From contig CAITUY010000145.1 in the NCBI GenBank assembly GCA_903895695.1, forward strand, positions 224-64,223: a DNA stretch of 64,000 nt, in the 5' to 3' direction. A program made the translations under genes and the position numbers. This stretch comes from an uncultured bacterium. Lineage in GTDB: Bacteria > Verrucomicrobiota > Kiritimatiellia > CAIKKV01 > CAITUY01. Below, piece after piece: positions 37,980 through 48,400 of the stretch. Each line of letters starts with the position of its first letter. Position 1 is the first letter of the stretch. The notes under the pieces are model-generated. The model was not told the DNA's origin and ran no database searches. It saw nothing but the letters and a program-made list of their open reading frames with translations.

Positions 37980-39545
37980 ATGCGACGGACCGCCAACACA
38001 ACGAAGACCGGCCTGCCGAGTGTCGGTCAGGTGAAGCCGCCGCGAGACTCGGTCTTTGCGAAGCTCGTTAGAGCGCTGCCCTGGCTGTTGATCTCGGCTC
38101 TTTCCGCCCAGGCCATATGCATGACGCTGGTTGGGGGGGTCACTCCTGATGAGTTCGCGCACATTCATTACATGTGGCTTGTCCATCGACTGTTCAATGC
38201 GAATGTAGATTTCCTGTGTCCCTATCCGACCGTGTTCTACAGGCTCTTTGGATTCCTGCTGGACGTGTTTCCCCAGAACGCCGTGTTCATTCTGTATGCC
38301 AGGCTGGTGGCGCTGCTGTTCCTGGGTACCATGGCGTTTCTCATGGGGCGGATTTGCAGGGAGGCGTGCGGCGTGTCCTGGCCGGGTGTACTGGTCATCC
38401 TCTTGCCCGTGGCGGGATCTCTCGCGACTTTCCACGAGTTTCGCCCGGATAATTGTGCCTACGCGCTGTTCCTGGCTGGCTTACTGCTGCTGTGTCGTTG
38501 GCCGAAGAGCCGCTTGGCTATCAGTTCCGCTGCCTTTCTGACGGTATTCTCCCTGTGCATTATGCCGAAACATGTGCTGCTGGCGGCCGGCGCCGCGCTC
38601 GGATTCCTGACTATGGGATGTGTCACGAAATCAATCACTATGCGGGGAAGTCTGCCATGGGCTTTCCTTGGACTGCTGGCGGCCCTGATAGGGGTCACTG
38701 TCACCATACGGCCTGAGTTGGGCGTGTTTCCTGAATTTGTGAAATTGGCGCAAAGGAATGCGCTGGCCGAAAAGGGACTCGTGCGGGCCTTCTTCTTGCA
38801 GCTGTGCAGCGCCGTGCATTGGCCGTCCGCCGTCGTGTTGCTATCCGCCCCGCTGTTTGCGATCCTTGGCTTCGTGACGCAGAGGATCCGGATCCTCAGG
38901 CGGAACCCCATGCCTTGGCAGTGCAAAGGCATCATGCTTGGAGTGCTGTGTGGTGGGATTGCTCACGCTTCCCTGAGTCCCTGTCCCTATTCACAGAACC
39001 AGTCTGTCTTGTACATGGCGATGGCCATTGGTATTCCTTTGACCGCTGGTGTTCTTTCTCTGGTTCCCTGGGCGATCCTGTCAGTGGCCCTGGGCGGCAT
39101 CTATCTGGTCAATCTGTGGCCGGCGACCCGGCACGCCCTGGACACAGCGCCAACGCTGTGGAACGTCGAAGTGAACTCGTACCTGCTGAAGATCATTCCG
39201 GAGAATGAGTACGTTGTCGCGCCAACGTATACAGGGCCGGTGTTCCGGAATGAACCGACTTATCACTACTGCAGCGACAATCCCGCGTATAGAGAGGCGG
39301 TTCCCGCCGAGAAAAAGCGTTTGTTCACGGCGGACTATTTCTACCAGCGGCTGTGCAGCACAAGGCCGGCGTATTTCTGCTTCGCCTATATGAGCCATCA
39401 GCCCCCGGAGTACTTCGCGGCCTGCCAAAGATATCTTTCGGAGAACGGAGGCGCATACGCGGTCGTGTCCTATGCCTCCTACGAACCTGGCGCCGGGGGA
39501 CTCGAAATGCTGGTGCGAAGCGATCTTTTGGGCCTCAAGAAGTAA
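37980..39545 (+). CDS. Polytopic membrane glycosyltransferase, GT-C-like
   Basis: TPDEFAHIH after the first TM, EFRPD motif, many TM segments, soluble C-terminus. Confidence 0.65.
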   Translation: MRRTANTTKTGLPSVGQVKPPRDSVFAKLVRALPWLLISALSAQAICMTLVGGVTPDEFAHIHYMWLVHRLFNANVDFLCPYPTVFYRLFGFLLDVFPQNAVFILYARLVALLFLGTMAFLMGRICREACGVSWPGVLVILLPVAGSLATFHEFRPDNCAYALFLAGLLLLCRWPKSRLAISSAAFLTVFSLCIMPKHVLLAAGAALGFLTMGCVTKSITMRGSLPWAFLGLLAALIGVTVTIRPELGVFPEFVKLAQRNALAEKGLVRAFFLQLCSAVHWPSAVVLLSAPLFAILGFVTQRIRILRRNPMPWQCKGIMLGVLCGGIAHASLSPCPYSQNQSVLYMAMAIGIPLTAGVLSLVPWAILSVALGGIYLVNLWPATRHALDTAPTLWNVEVNSYLLKIIPENEYVVAPTYTGPVFRNEPTYHYCSDNPAYREAVPAEKKRLFTADYFYQRLCSTRPAYFCFAYMSHQPPEYFAACQRYLSENGGAYAVVSYASYEPGAGGLEMLVRSDLLGLKK

Positions 39546-39561
39546 CTGGTGGAGGCACACT

Positions 39562-40281
39562 ATGTCGTACGATGTGGCCGTTGTGATGCCCGTCTACAAT
39601 GAGCAGGATTGCATCGATTTCGTGGTGCGGTCCTGGCTCGACGTGTTGTCAGGAACGGGTGCCAGCTTTCTCTTGATTGTGCTGAATGACGGTTCCCGCG
39701 ATGGCACGGAGAAGGTGTTGGCCGGATTCAGAGACCATCCTCGTTGTCGCATCGTCAACAAACCCAACAGCGGTCATGGTCCCACCATTCTGGCGGGCTA
39801 CGCCATCGCGGTCCAGGAGGCTGAATGGGTCTTTCAGTGCGATAGCGATGACGAAGTGGAGGCGCGCCATTTCGTTGACCTATGGGAGGCGCGCAAGGAC
39901 TATGACGCGCTTTTCGGCACGCGCTGCGACCGGCATCAGGGGGCGGGGCGTGCGCTGATCAGTGCGGTTTCGCGCGCCACTGTTCGACTGGCATTCGGTC
40001 GGGGGGTGACCGATGTCAACACGCCATTCCGGCTGATGCGCAGTGCCCTGCTGGCCCCGATCATCAGCCAGATTCCGGCCGGGACGTTTGCGCCCAATGT
40101 GCTCATTTCGGGCGCGCTGGCGGGTGGCGGGGCCCGCATCTGCAATCTACCCGTGCCTCACCGCGGTCGTCGCACAGGGACCGCATCGATCGTCAAGTGG
40201 AAGCTGGTCAAAAGCGCGTCCCGGGCTTTCCTGCAAACGCTCTGCTGCCGACCACGGTTGCCTGCGAGGACCGACGACTGA
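39562..40281 (+). CDS. GT2 DPM1-like glycosyltransferase
   Basis: VVMPVYNEQ, LNDGSRDGT, NSGHG, FQCDSDDE, DVNTPFRLM; GGAGG RBS. Confidence 0.88.
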   Translation: MSYDVAVVMPVYNEQDCIDFVVRSWLDVLSGTGASFLLIVLNDGSRDGTEKVLAGFRDHPRCRIVNKPNSGHGPTILAGYAIAVQEAEWVFQCDSDDEVEARHFVDLWEARKDYDALFGTRCDRHQGAGRALISAVSRATVRLAFGRGVTDVNTPFRLMRSALLAPIISQIPAGTFAPNVLISGALAGGGARICNLPVPHRGRRTGTASIVKWKLVKSASRAFLQTLCCRPRLPARTDD

Positions 40282-40372
40282 GCTTCCCGTCCGGAGGATC
40301 TCGGGCTTTTGTGATTGAGCCGAGTCGAGCGGACGGGTATCCTTGAAGCTCATTCTGAAAGCAGGTGGCTTT

Positions 40373-41557
40373 ATGGGGAACACATTCAAGAGCAGCCGAC
40401 TTGACTTGGCCGTGGATACGATCAGCCGCGACGACATTGAGGAGTTGATCGGCTGGTTGCGCGAGTACCCCCGGTTGACGATGGCCGACGAAACGAAGCG
40501 CTTCGAACAGGCTTGGTCCGACTGGCTCGGCGTCCGGTACAGCGTCATGTGCAACTCGGGATCGTCGGCCAACCTGCTGATGTGCGCGGCCCTCGATCGC
40601 GCCCCGTCAGCCAAGGTACGGAAGATTGTGGTGCCGGCCACGGGCTGGGCGACGACCCTGATGCCGGCCATCCAACTGGGGTGGCAGCCGCTCATGTGCG
40701 AGTCGGATTCCCGGACTTACGGCATGGACCTGGCGCGCCTGGAAGAGCTGCTGAAACGCGAGCGGCCCGAGGCGGTCATGTTGGTCCAGGTCCTGGGCGT
40801 CCCGAATGACATGACCCGTATTCTCGCGCTGCAACGCCAGTACGGGTTCGACCTTGTGGAAGATTGCTGCGCGAGTCATGGGTCCACGCACCAGGGCCGC
40901 AAGGTAGGGACGTTCGGGCTGATGTCGTCATTTTCCTTCTATTACGGGCATCACATGTCGACCGTGGAAGGCGGCGTCGTATGCACGAACGAAGAAGACG
41001 TGTATCACCGGTTGCTCATGCTGCGAAGCCATGGCTGGCTCAAAGACCTGCCGCCAGCCAAGGCGAAGGTTGTAATGGACAAGTACGGCGTGGACGGCTT
41101 CCACGCGCCCTTCACCTTCACGCTCTCCGGGTATAATCTCAGGCCGACGGATATCAACGCCAGGCTGGGCCTGATCCAGTTGCGCCGCCTGGACGACACG
41201 ATTCGGATCCGGGTGGCCAATCACCTGGCCTACCAGGCGGCACTCCGCGGTTGCGTGGATTTCGCGGAGTGCATCCCGGGTGATACGATCAGCAGCATTT
41301 CCTTCTGCGCCGTCGCCAAGTCGACCGCGGAGCGCCGGCGCGTCGTCGAGGCGCTCGAACGGAACACGATCGATACCCGGATATTCACGGCGGGCAATCT
41401 GGGCCGGCACCCCTTCTGGATCGATCGCTATGGCGAGTTCCGCGCACCCGTGGCCGACAGGCTCTACGAATGCGGGTTCTTCCTGCCCAACAACCAATCA
41501 TTGGGTGTGAAAGATGTCGGGATGGTCTGTGACGTCGTGAAGAAGGCGCTTCAGTAG
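40373..41557 (+). CDS. PLP-dependent NDP-4-keto-6-deoxy-sugar 3-dehydratase (ColD/RfbH-like)
   Basis: NSGSSANLL, EDCCASHG, SFSFYYGHHMSTVEGG (His at the usual catalytic Lys position), LRSHGW, GYNLRP. Confidence 0.82.
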   Translation: MGNTFKSSRLDLAVDTISRDDIEELIGWLREYPRLTMADETKRFEQAWSDWLGVRYSVMCNSGSSANLLMCAALDRAPSAKVRKIVVPATGWATTLMPAIQLGWQPLMCESDSRTYGMDLARLEELLKRERPEAVMLVQVLGVPNDMTRILALQRQYGFDLVEDCCASHGSTHQGRKVGTFGLMSSFSFYYGHHMSTVEGGVVCTNEEDVYHRLLMLRSHGWLKDLPPAKAKVVMDKYGVDGFHAPFTFTLSGYNLRPTDINARLGLIQLRRLDDTIRIRVANHLAYQAALRGCVDFAECIPGDTISSISFCAVAKSTAERRRVVEALERNTIDTRIFTAGNLGRHPFWIDRYGEFRAPVADRLYECGFFLPNNQSLGVKDVGMVCDVVKKALQ

Positions 41558-41598
41558 CGCGCAACAGGACCGCACCTGCGCGTTTCCCGGTACTGTAA

Positions 41599-41698
41599 CT
41601 GTCGCGTGCTACAGGGGTAGCACGCCCACACACAGGGGACTGGAGACGACATGTCTATTCTTGATGAGGTGGGCGCGCTGCTCCGTAGCGCGCGACAG
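41599..41698. repeat. REP doublet (REPIN-like), copy A1
   Basis: ctgtcgcgtgctacaggggtagcacgcccac-spacer-gtgggcgcgctgctccgtagcgcgcgacag; each arm is GTGG plus a hairpin. Confidence 0.88.
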
Positions 41699-41800
41699 GG
41701 CTGCAACTGGAGGGCCGTAATCGGACTGTCCTATTGTAAGGCCAAGATCGCTGTGGCAGAATAGCGGTTCCTCGTGACCTTGAAACGGAAGGATGCCAGA

Positions 41801-42649
41801 GTGGTTCATCCCAATCTCTCGACCGAAAAACATCTGCTTCTGCGGAAGAAAGCGGACTGGGTGTGGACGGAGACACTCCGCATACACGCTCGTTCTCCGG
41901 AGACGCGCGTGGCCTCGTCTCTTTCACCGATTGAGATGCTCGTATGCTTGTACTATGGGGGGTTGCTCGCGTTTGATCCCCGGAATCCCCGTTGGGAGGC
42001 CCGTGATCGCCTCATCATCAGTAAAGGCCACGGGTCGATTTGCATGTACCCAATCCTCGCCGACCTTGGGTACTTTGCGATGAGCGAGCTCGAGCGGGTC
42101 TGCAAACTTGACAGTTTCCTTGGGGGCATCCCCGATCCCGTGATTCCCGGCTACGAAACAGTCAACGGTTCGTTGGGACATGGTCCCGGTGTTGCCTGTG
42201 GAATGGCGGTGGCCCTGAAGAGAAAGCAGTCACGAAACAAGGTGTTCGTGATGGTGGGTGACGGCGAACTGGATGAAGGCGCCGTCTGGGAGGCGATCAT
42301 GTTCGCCGGGCACCATCGGCTGGATAACTTGGTCATGCTGGTTGACAGCAACGCCAAGTGCATGCTCGGGCACTCGCGTGAGATCATGAATGTCTTTCCC
42401 TTGGAACCGAAGTTCGAGGCATTCGGTTGGCTCACCATGACGGTCGACGGCCACGATATCCCGGCTGTTTACGCGGCGCTGGCGGAATGCGCAGCCAGCG
42501 GCCCGGCCCAGCCCCGGGTGCTTATCGCCAACACCGTGAAGGGCAGAGGGGTGCCGTCGCTGGAGCGCGACCCGTTGTGCCACATCCGGACCCTCGGTCA
42601 GCAGGAGATTGCCGAACTGATAGGAGGTGGCTGTGGCCCCCGCGTCTAG
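41801..42649 (+). CDS. Transketolase, N-terminal TPP-binding subunit
   Basis: DRLIISKGHG, NGSLGHG, GDGELDEG, NTVKGRGV. Confidence 0.9.
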   Translation: MVHPNLSTEKHLLLRKKADWVWTETLRIHARSPETRVASSLSPIEMLVCLYYGGLLAFDPRNPRWEARDRLIISKGHGSICMYPILADLGYFAMSELERVCKLDSFLGGIPDPVIPGYETVNGSLGHGPGVACGMAVALKRKQSRNKVFVMVGDGELDEGAVWEAIMFAGHHRLDNLVMLVDSNAKCMLGHSREIMNVFPLEPKFEAFGWLTMTVDGHDIPAVYAALAECAASGPAQPRVLIANTVKGRGVPSLERDPLCHIRTLGQQEIAELIGGGCGPRV

Positions 42650-43589
42650 CAGGATGAGAGACGTCTTCCTCGCCTCCGTGCTGGCGCGGATGAAGACTGA
42701 CCGCCGATTGTTCTTTCTATCCGCCGATTTCGGATCGCCTGTGCTCGATGTCGTTGCCCGCGATTACCCGGATCGTTTCATCAACGTGGGCATTGCCGAA
42801 CAGAATCTGATCAACGTCGCCACGGGCCTGGCGTTGGAGGGATTCGTCGTTGTCGCCTATGCTATTGCGCCGTTCCTTTCCATGCGGTGCTATGAACAGA
42901 TACGGGTGAACCTGGGCATCCTCTCGCAGGTGCGGCCACTCAACGTCAACATGGTCGGCGTGGGGGCCGGCCTCAGCTACGACGTGTCGGGGCCTACGCA
43001 TCAGGCGCTCGAGGACCTGTCCATCATGCGCACGCTTCCCAATGTGGAGGTGCTGTCGCCGGCAGATGGCGCCAGTGCCGGCGCGATTGCCGAGTATTGC
43101 CTGGAGCATAGCGGGCCCAAGTATGTCCGGTTGGATGGCAAGCCGCTGGCCTCACTTTATGAGACTGGGGCGGCGGTCAACGTCGAGATGGGCTTCCACG
43201 AATGGCGCCGCGGAACGGATGTGTGTCTTGTGGCTACGGGGTATATGGTGCACACGGCGCTGAAGGCCGCGCAGATCCTGGAGGCCGAGAACCTGAGCGT
43301 TGGGGTCGTCGACATGTTCGCGTTGAGCAAGTACAAGGCGTCCGAGCTCTCGGATGTGCTTGGGCACTACCAGACCGTGATTACGATCGAGGAGGGGTTC
43401 GTCGGCAAGGGCGGCCTCGATGCGTGCCTGAACGAAGCTCTCGGGGCGCGCGGCGGCCAGCGTGTGCATGCTCTCGGGCTGCCGAGCCGCTACAGTTTCC
43501 GCGTTGGCGATCGGGACGAAATGTTGCGCGACTCAGGCCTGGGAGAGGTGAGCATCGCGGCAAAGGCCCGTGAGTGCCTGCGACGTTGA
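42627..43589 (+). CDS. Transketolase, C-terminal subunit
   Basis: MRDVF, NVGIAEQN, EQIRVN, GPTHQALED, YVRLD, TIEEG. Confidence 0.9.
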   Translation: MAVAPASSRMRDVFLASVLARMKTDRRLFFLSADFGSPVLDVVARDYPDRFINVGIAEQNLINVATGLALEGFVVVAYAIAPFLSMRCYEQIRVNLGILSQVRPLNVNMVGVGAGLSYDVSGPTHQALEDLSIMRTLPNVEVLSPADGASAGAIAEYCLEHSGPKYVRLDGKPLASLYETGAAVNVEMGFHEWRRGTDVCLVATGYMVHTALKAAQILEAENLSVGVVDMFALSKYKASELSDVLGHYQTVITIEEGFVGKGGLDACLNEALGARGGQRVHALGLPSRYSFRVGDRDEMLRDSGLGEVSIAAKARECLRR

Positions 43590-43611
43590 CGTGAGTCTGG
43601 CCAGGACTTTG

Positions 43612-43706
43612 CCTGTCGCTTGCTACGGGGTAGCACGCCCACAGAGAGAGAGCCAGCCCGCATGTCTTGAATGAGGTGGGCGCGCTACTCCGTAGCGCGC
43701 GACAGG
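43612..43706. repeat. REP doublet (REPIN-like), copy A2
   Basis: cctgtcgcttgctacggggtagcacgcccac-spacer-gtgggcgcgctactccgtagcgcgcgacagg. Confidence 0.88.
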
Positions 43707-43723
43707 GTTGCGCCCGAGTTCGG

Positions 43724-46042
43724 CTACTGGCCGGCCGTCGGCATCGTGAAAGACTTGCGATATACCACGATCCCTTCTTTCGATCCCGGCCATTCCTGCA
43801 TGGGGCGTAACCCGATCGCCTTGGATTGCATATCGACAAAGGGGTCGGGGAATACCCAGACGTAGGGTTCCTCGGGCGGTCCCTTGACTCCCGTTCCGCC
43901 CACAGCCTGCCAACCACTGTCGTCATAGTCCAAGCCCTTCCAGTTGCCGGAAGGGTTGAAGGCCGTCTTCCATGTGGGGTCGGTGGTTACATCGCCGTGT
44001 TGCGTTCTCAGGCAAAGCTGAACCCAGTCCGGGTACGCCTTGTACCGTGCCGCCAGCGCAAGCACATGGCGACCCGGCGCCAGTTGGAGCTTCCAGATCA
44101 TCATTTGCTCGGGGTTTTCGGCTGAGCCCATATCTCGCCCGTCGATATACGCGTGCGTCCGGGTGTCGCAGTAGACCCCCATCAGAGCGTTCGAGGTGCT
44201 TTCGTGAGCCCACAAGAGCGTCTCGGTATATTGCCGGACGACGGCATTCGTCGAGGTCTGGAGCGTGCCCTCATAGAGCGGCCGAGCCGCGTCAAATCCC
44301 TTCATCTTTTCAACGTAGGCAACTTGGCGCAGCCGCAGCAGGTCTACGAACGGGAACGCCGGATAGATGGCGATGAAACCATCGATATACTCCGACGCGC
44401 CGGCGTAGTCGTGCAGCCGTTCGTAGTTCCAGATGTCGGTCATGACGGTCGCCTGCTCCATCGGGTCGCGGGGGGCAACCCTGTCTTGGGCGGTGCCCAA
44501 ACGACTGAACGCGGGGGTGGGCTGGGCCATATAGTAGAACGCCGTGCTTTCCATCCATCCGTGGCTCTGTTGGTTCGGTCCTCGCTCAAAGACCATGTCG
44601 AACGACTGGTCGAACAAGGAGGGATCCATCAGGTGCACGCGGTACTGCACGGTACGGAAGGGAGCTTTGATCGGCACGCCGTGTGTTGGCTCGGCCAACA
44701 CATTTTGATAGTACCAGCCGCCGTTAAAGTAGTCCTCAAGGCCCGTCCCGTACCAAGCCTGCGTGGTCTCCGCATCTTTGCGGATCGATTCGTTTCCCTC
44801 CAATAGCCAGAAAGTGCGATCGGCGCAGACCACACCCAGAATGCACCCCACATACTTGCCTTTCCCTGTGGCATGCAGAATGGGGTGCGGCGAGCCCACA
44901 TCGCCGGGCGACGTGCGATACCATCCGGCATGGAAATAGCCCAGGCGGGCATCCCAGGTCGGGAGCGGCTCCGCCTCGACGCTCAGGGTCACACGGACCG
45001 GTGTAGTGCCTTGATTCTCAAGGCCGATCGCCGCCGCGGTCTTGAAGGGCATGGGGAACCGGCAGGAGAATGTGGAATTGCTGAGACCAAAGAACATGGA
45101 CTCGTACCGTGTTCGCCGCCACACACTGCCAAAGAAGTCCCCCAGGGGCACCTGGACGCTCGCGGCGGTCGAGCCATCCCAGCGGATGCTGAGCAGCATA
45201 TCCCGGAGCACTCGTTCGCGCTCTGCCACAGTCTCCAACCCATCGAAATCAGGTTGGATCTGAACCGATCTGATAACGGCCGGGCCCGACAGTTGGATTA
45301 TGTTCGAAGCGTTGCTGCCGGGAGCGAGGACGAGTTGCGTTGAGGTGGCCGGCGGTAAGCCCGGGGGCAACAGCAGACCGTCCGTCCACGTCTTGCGAAC
45401 CTGTTCGACGGCGGAGAGTTCGTCCGGCGTCAACGTGACGGGAAAGCTTAGCGTTGTGCGTCCTCCGGTCAGAGTTCGGTAGGCAATCTGGTAGAAGAGC
45501 CGTGTCTGACCGCTGGCTTTGAGCTCTCCCTCCTGCATCTCGATGCGTATCGACTTGGCGTAGGGCAGCGGCACAAAACTGTAGAAGCAGTAATTCTTGT
45601 ACTCAGCCAGCGGGGGCAGGAACGGTGCCATTCCCCCGCACAGGGTGCCCACGGTCGTGTCGATGCGGGCCTTGCGCTCGCCATCGAAGAATATCCGGAC
45701 GCGGTGGGACGATTCTCCGCCGGTGAACCAGAACCGCGAGACATAGCCCGGCCCTCGCAACTCCGCGAGCACAACCCATCCCGTGGGGCCTTTGCGCAAG
45801 AAGTTGTTGTAGTCAGTGTTGCCGCCCGTTCGGTCGCCTGAACTGACCAGTCGCGTGTCGGCGCAATCCAGTCGGGCCAGTTCCACGGTGTTGGTCAGGT
45901 CCCGCAGGAAGTCTGCGAAGCCGAGGGGCGGTTGCGACGAGCGTGGCGCGCAGCCCACGAGCGCGGCGCAGGCCATGCCCGCGGCTACCCCCACCATGGC
46001 AAGCGTAAAGCCCGCCCTGCTTCTGCATAGCTGTTCAACCAT
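43724..46042 (-). CDS. DUF2961 (GH172-like) glycoside hydrolase, probable lipoprotein with C-terminal extension
   Basis: Lipobox-like ALVGC; SSGDRTGGNTD, GPGYVSRFWFT, VPLGDFFG, GKYVG, GTGLEDYFNGGWY. Confidence 0.78.
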   Translation of the reverse strand: MVEQLCRSRAGFTLAMVGVAAGMACAALVGCAPRSSQPPLGFADFLRDLTNTVELARLDCADTRLVSSGDRTGGNTDYNNFLRKGPTGWVVLAELRGPGYVSRFWFTGGESSHRVRIFFDGERKARIDTTVGTLCGGMAPFLPPLAEYKNYCFYSFVPLPYAKSIRIEMQEGELKASGQTRLFYQIAYRTLTGGRTTLSFPVTLTPDELSAVEQVRKTWTDGLLLPPGLPPATSTQLVLAPGSNASNIIQLSGPAVIRSVQIQPDFDGLETVAERERVLRDMLLSIRWDGSTAASVQVPLGDFFGSVWRRTRYESMFFGLSNSTFSCRFPMPFKTAAAIGLENQGTTPVRVTLSVEAEPLPTWDARLGYFHAGWYRTSPGDVGSPHPILHATGKGKYVGCILGVVCADRTFWLLEGNESIRKDAETTQAWYGTGLEDYFNGGWYYQNVLAEPTHGVPIKAPFRTVQYRVHLMDPSLFDQSFDMVFERGPNQQSHGWMESTAFYYMAQPTPAFSRLGTAQDRVAPRDPMEQATVMTDIWNYERLHDYAGASEYIDGFIAIYPAFPFVDLLRLRQVAYVEKMKGFDAARPLYEGTLQTSTNAVVRQYTETLLWAHESTSNALMGVYCDTRTHAYIDGRDMGSAENPEQMMIWKLQLAPGRHVLALAARYKAYPDWVQLCLRTQHGDVTTDPTWKTAFNPSGNWKGLDYDDSGWQAVGGTGVKGPPEEPYVWVFPDPFVDMQSKAIGLRPMQEWPGSKEGIVVYRKSFTMPTAGQ

Positions 46043-47306
46043 TGGCATCCCCTCCCACGTGATCTGTGCCCAGCACCTCGTCAATTAACGCACAATGCTT
46101 GGCCGCCGCGACTTCGGGGTCGAAGCACTGTTTCGCGCGCTCGCGTCCCGCTTGGCCTGCTATCGTCGCTTCCTGGGGGTGTTTGGACACGAATTCGAGG
46201 ACCTGGCGGAAGGACTCAAAACTATCCGGCTCAAACAAATAACCATCCACACCGTGGTGGATGATCTCGGCCATGCCGGGCAAGCCGGTCGCGACCGTAG
46301 GTTTGCCTGTGGCCATGCTGTTGAATAATGCGCTGGGGATGATGCCCTCATTGTCTTCTGAATTCCGTCGGATCACCAGAAGGCAATCCCCGGCATTCAG
46401 GTAACCGTTTACGTCTTGCTTCGTCGGCAACCAGCCTGTCATGACCACGCTTCCGCCTATCCCGAGGTCGGCAATCTGCTGGCGACACCACGATTCGCCG
46501 CCCGCGCCACCGATGATCAGCAACCGCCATGGCGGATGTATCACATTCAACTGCCGCCACCACTCGAGAAGCTGGCCATACCCCTTTCCGGGTCGAATGA
46601 TACCATGGATCGCGACCACCCAGTGCTGCGACGTGAATCCGCACTTGGTTCGCTCGACATCTCCTGCGGCCGGTCCAAAGACGCTCGGCGCGCTGGGCGC
46701 GTTAATGACTCTGACACGCTCGGGCGACATTCCTTTTCTGACAACAACCCTCGCTTCGGCCTGGGTCGTAGAGACCACCCACGCCTTTGTCATCTTGTTC
46801 CACCGCGTCACTTCCGACCGCTCCAACCGCCCGGCCACTTTGCGTCCCCAGGTCGTACCGCCCAACAAGATGGACCACCACCAGTCGCTCGTGGCGATCA
46901 GCATCGGAACGCCGAGTCGCCCCACGACGCACGGGACAAAAGGCAGGGTTTCCTTGCAGATGATGAAAGCGGGGGCCTCCCGCCTCAACTGCCGCATGGC
47001 CCAGGGCAGAAAGAGGTAATACAAGATCGTCTTGGCCCATTTATCGATCGCGTTTCGCTGGTCCACGCTGAATGGGAACTGGATCGTGCGCACGCCTTGG
47101 CGAAGTGTGCTGTCGACCTTCCCGGGAGTGCGCATGCTGAAATAGATCACGTCGTACCTGGTCAGGAGATTATCCAGCATGCGGCGCAAGGCGGGGTACT
47201 GCACCGTCTCCGTCTCCGGCGGATAGCGATGGAAATAGACCACTAACGGGCGGGACTGGCCGCGCGTCGGCGCTTCAGCGGATGGATCGGTTGCCGGACT
47301 GGTCAC
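46035..47306 (-). CDS. GT4 (GT-B) glycosyltransferase
   Basis: GIIRPGKG, MTGWLP, EGIIPSALFNSMATGKPTVATGLPGMAEIIHHGVDGYL. Confidence 0.85.
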   Translation of the reverse strand: MTSPATDPSAEAPTRGQSRPLVVYFHRYPPETETVQYPALRRMLDNLLTRYDVIYFSMRTPGKVDSTLRQGVRTIQFPFSVDQRNAIDKWAKTILYYLFLPWAMRQLRREAPAFIICKETLPFVPCVVGRLGVPMLIATSDWWWSILLGGTTWGRKVAGRLERSEVTRWNKMTKAWVVSTTQAEARVVVRKGMSPERVRVINAPSAPSVFGPAAGDVERTKCGFTSQHWVVAIHGIIRPGKGYGQLLEWWRQLNVIHPPWRLLIIGGAGGESWCRQQIADLGIGGSVVMTGWLPTKQDVNGYLNAGDCLLVIRRNSEDNEGIIPSALFNSMATGKPTVATGLPGMAEIIHHGVDGYLFEPDSFESFRQVLEFVSKHPQEATIAGQAGRERAKQCFDPEVAAAKHCALIDEVLGTDHVGGDANG

Positions 47307-47446
47307 GCTATCTCCTTGGACTCCACGGAGTAAAGTCAGACGATCACATGTGCAAACGGTGTGTTCAAGATCAAAACGGCCAGATCAACAGCCTTGGCCG
47401 GTCTACCTTGACTTTCCAGGATGATCCCGGCATCTTTTTCCTGCTG

Positions 47447-48400
47447 ATGGAATCTTCGCCCACACACAGCAAGAGCCAGTCCCAAGCCCGGATCTCCTTG
47501 ATGGCAAAGTTCCGCGAGTGGGCCCTTATCTTTCGCGGCGATCTCCGTGCCGCACGATCGACTCCCGACAGTTCCGATATCTTCACGCGAGTCGAGGAAT
47601 ACAGGCAGTTGCTCGACAGGTACACGGGCAAGAAACTGATGCAGGCCAGCCTTTTTGATATTGGCTATGGTCCCAGGCCTTATGCCCTCCTGGCCCTGAT
47701 CGGTTTGGGCATTGACGCGCGCGGCATCGACATGGATGCGCCCGTTCTCCGGGGGCGACCGTCGGAGTTCTGGCGGATACTGAAGACCAATGGACTGGAG
47801 CGGGCCGTCAAATCGGCGGTCATCTTTTTCTGTTTCAGCGCGCCGAAACTGCGGTCGCTGCAGCGTGAACTGCGACGGCGTGGCGGGGCCCTGGTCACGC
47901 CGCCTGGCCGACTTCTGGTTGGCGATGCAGGTCAACTCGACCTGCCTGCCGGATCCCTCGACCTGATCGTATCCGAGGATGTATTCGAGCATATCTCCCA
48001 GCCATCGCTCGAGGCTGTGGTGGCGAGGATGGCGCGCTGGTTGAAGCCGGATGGCCTGGCGCTTGTCCGCCCGTGCATCTATACCGGTCTGTGGGGCGGG
48101 CATCTTGCCGAGTGGTGCATGACGGACCTGGACGACCCGCGGATTGTGCGCAGGAGCCAGCCTTGGGATCATCTCCGGCAGCGACAATTCCGTCCGAACA
48201 CTTACCTCAATGAGCTGTCGCGCGCGGATTTTCGAGACTTGTTCAGACGGCATTTCGAGATTCAGGAGGAGACGGTCCGGAACACGGATCTGGGCCGTCG
48301 ATTCATGACGCCGGAGATAAGAGCCGAACTCGGTCGGTACCCCGACGAGGAGCTTTTCAGCAACCAAGTGCTCTTCGTGCTTAGGCCGAAACGCTCATAA
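47447..48400 (+). CDS. Class I SAM-dependent methyltransferase
   Basis: FDIGYG, SLDLIVSEDVFEHI, RWLKPDG, YLNEL; start uncertain (47447 or 47501). Confidence 0.75.
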   Translation: MESSPTHSKSQSQARISLMAKFREWALIFRGDLRAARSTPDSSDIFTRVEEYRQLLDRYTGKKLMQASLFDIGYGPRPYALLALIGLGIDARGIDMDAPVLRGRPSEFWRILKTNGLERAVKSAVIFFCFSAPKLRSLQRELRRRGGALVTPPGRLLVGDAGQLDLPAGSLDLIVSEDVFEHISQPSLEAVVARMARWLKPDGLALVRPCIYTGLWGGHLAEWCMTDLDDPRIVRRSQPWDHLRQRQFRPNTYLNELSRADFRDLFRRHFEIQEETVRNTDLGRRFMTPEIRAELGRYPDEELFSNQVLFVLRPKRS

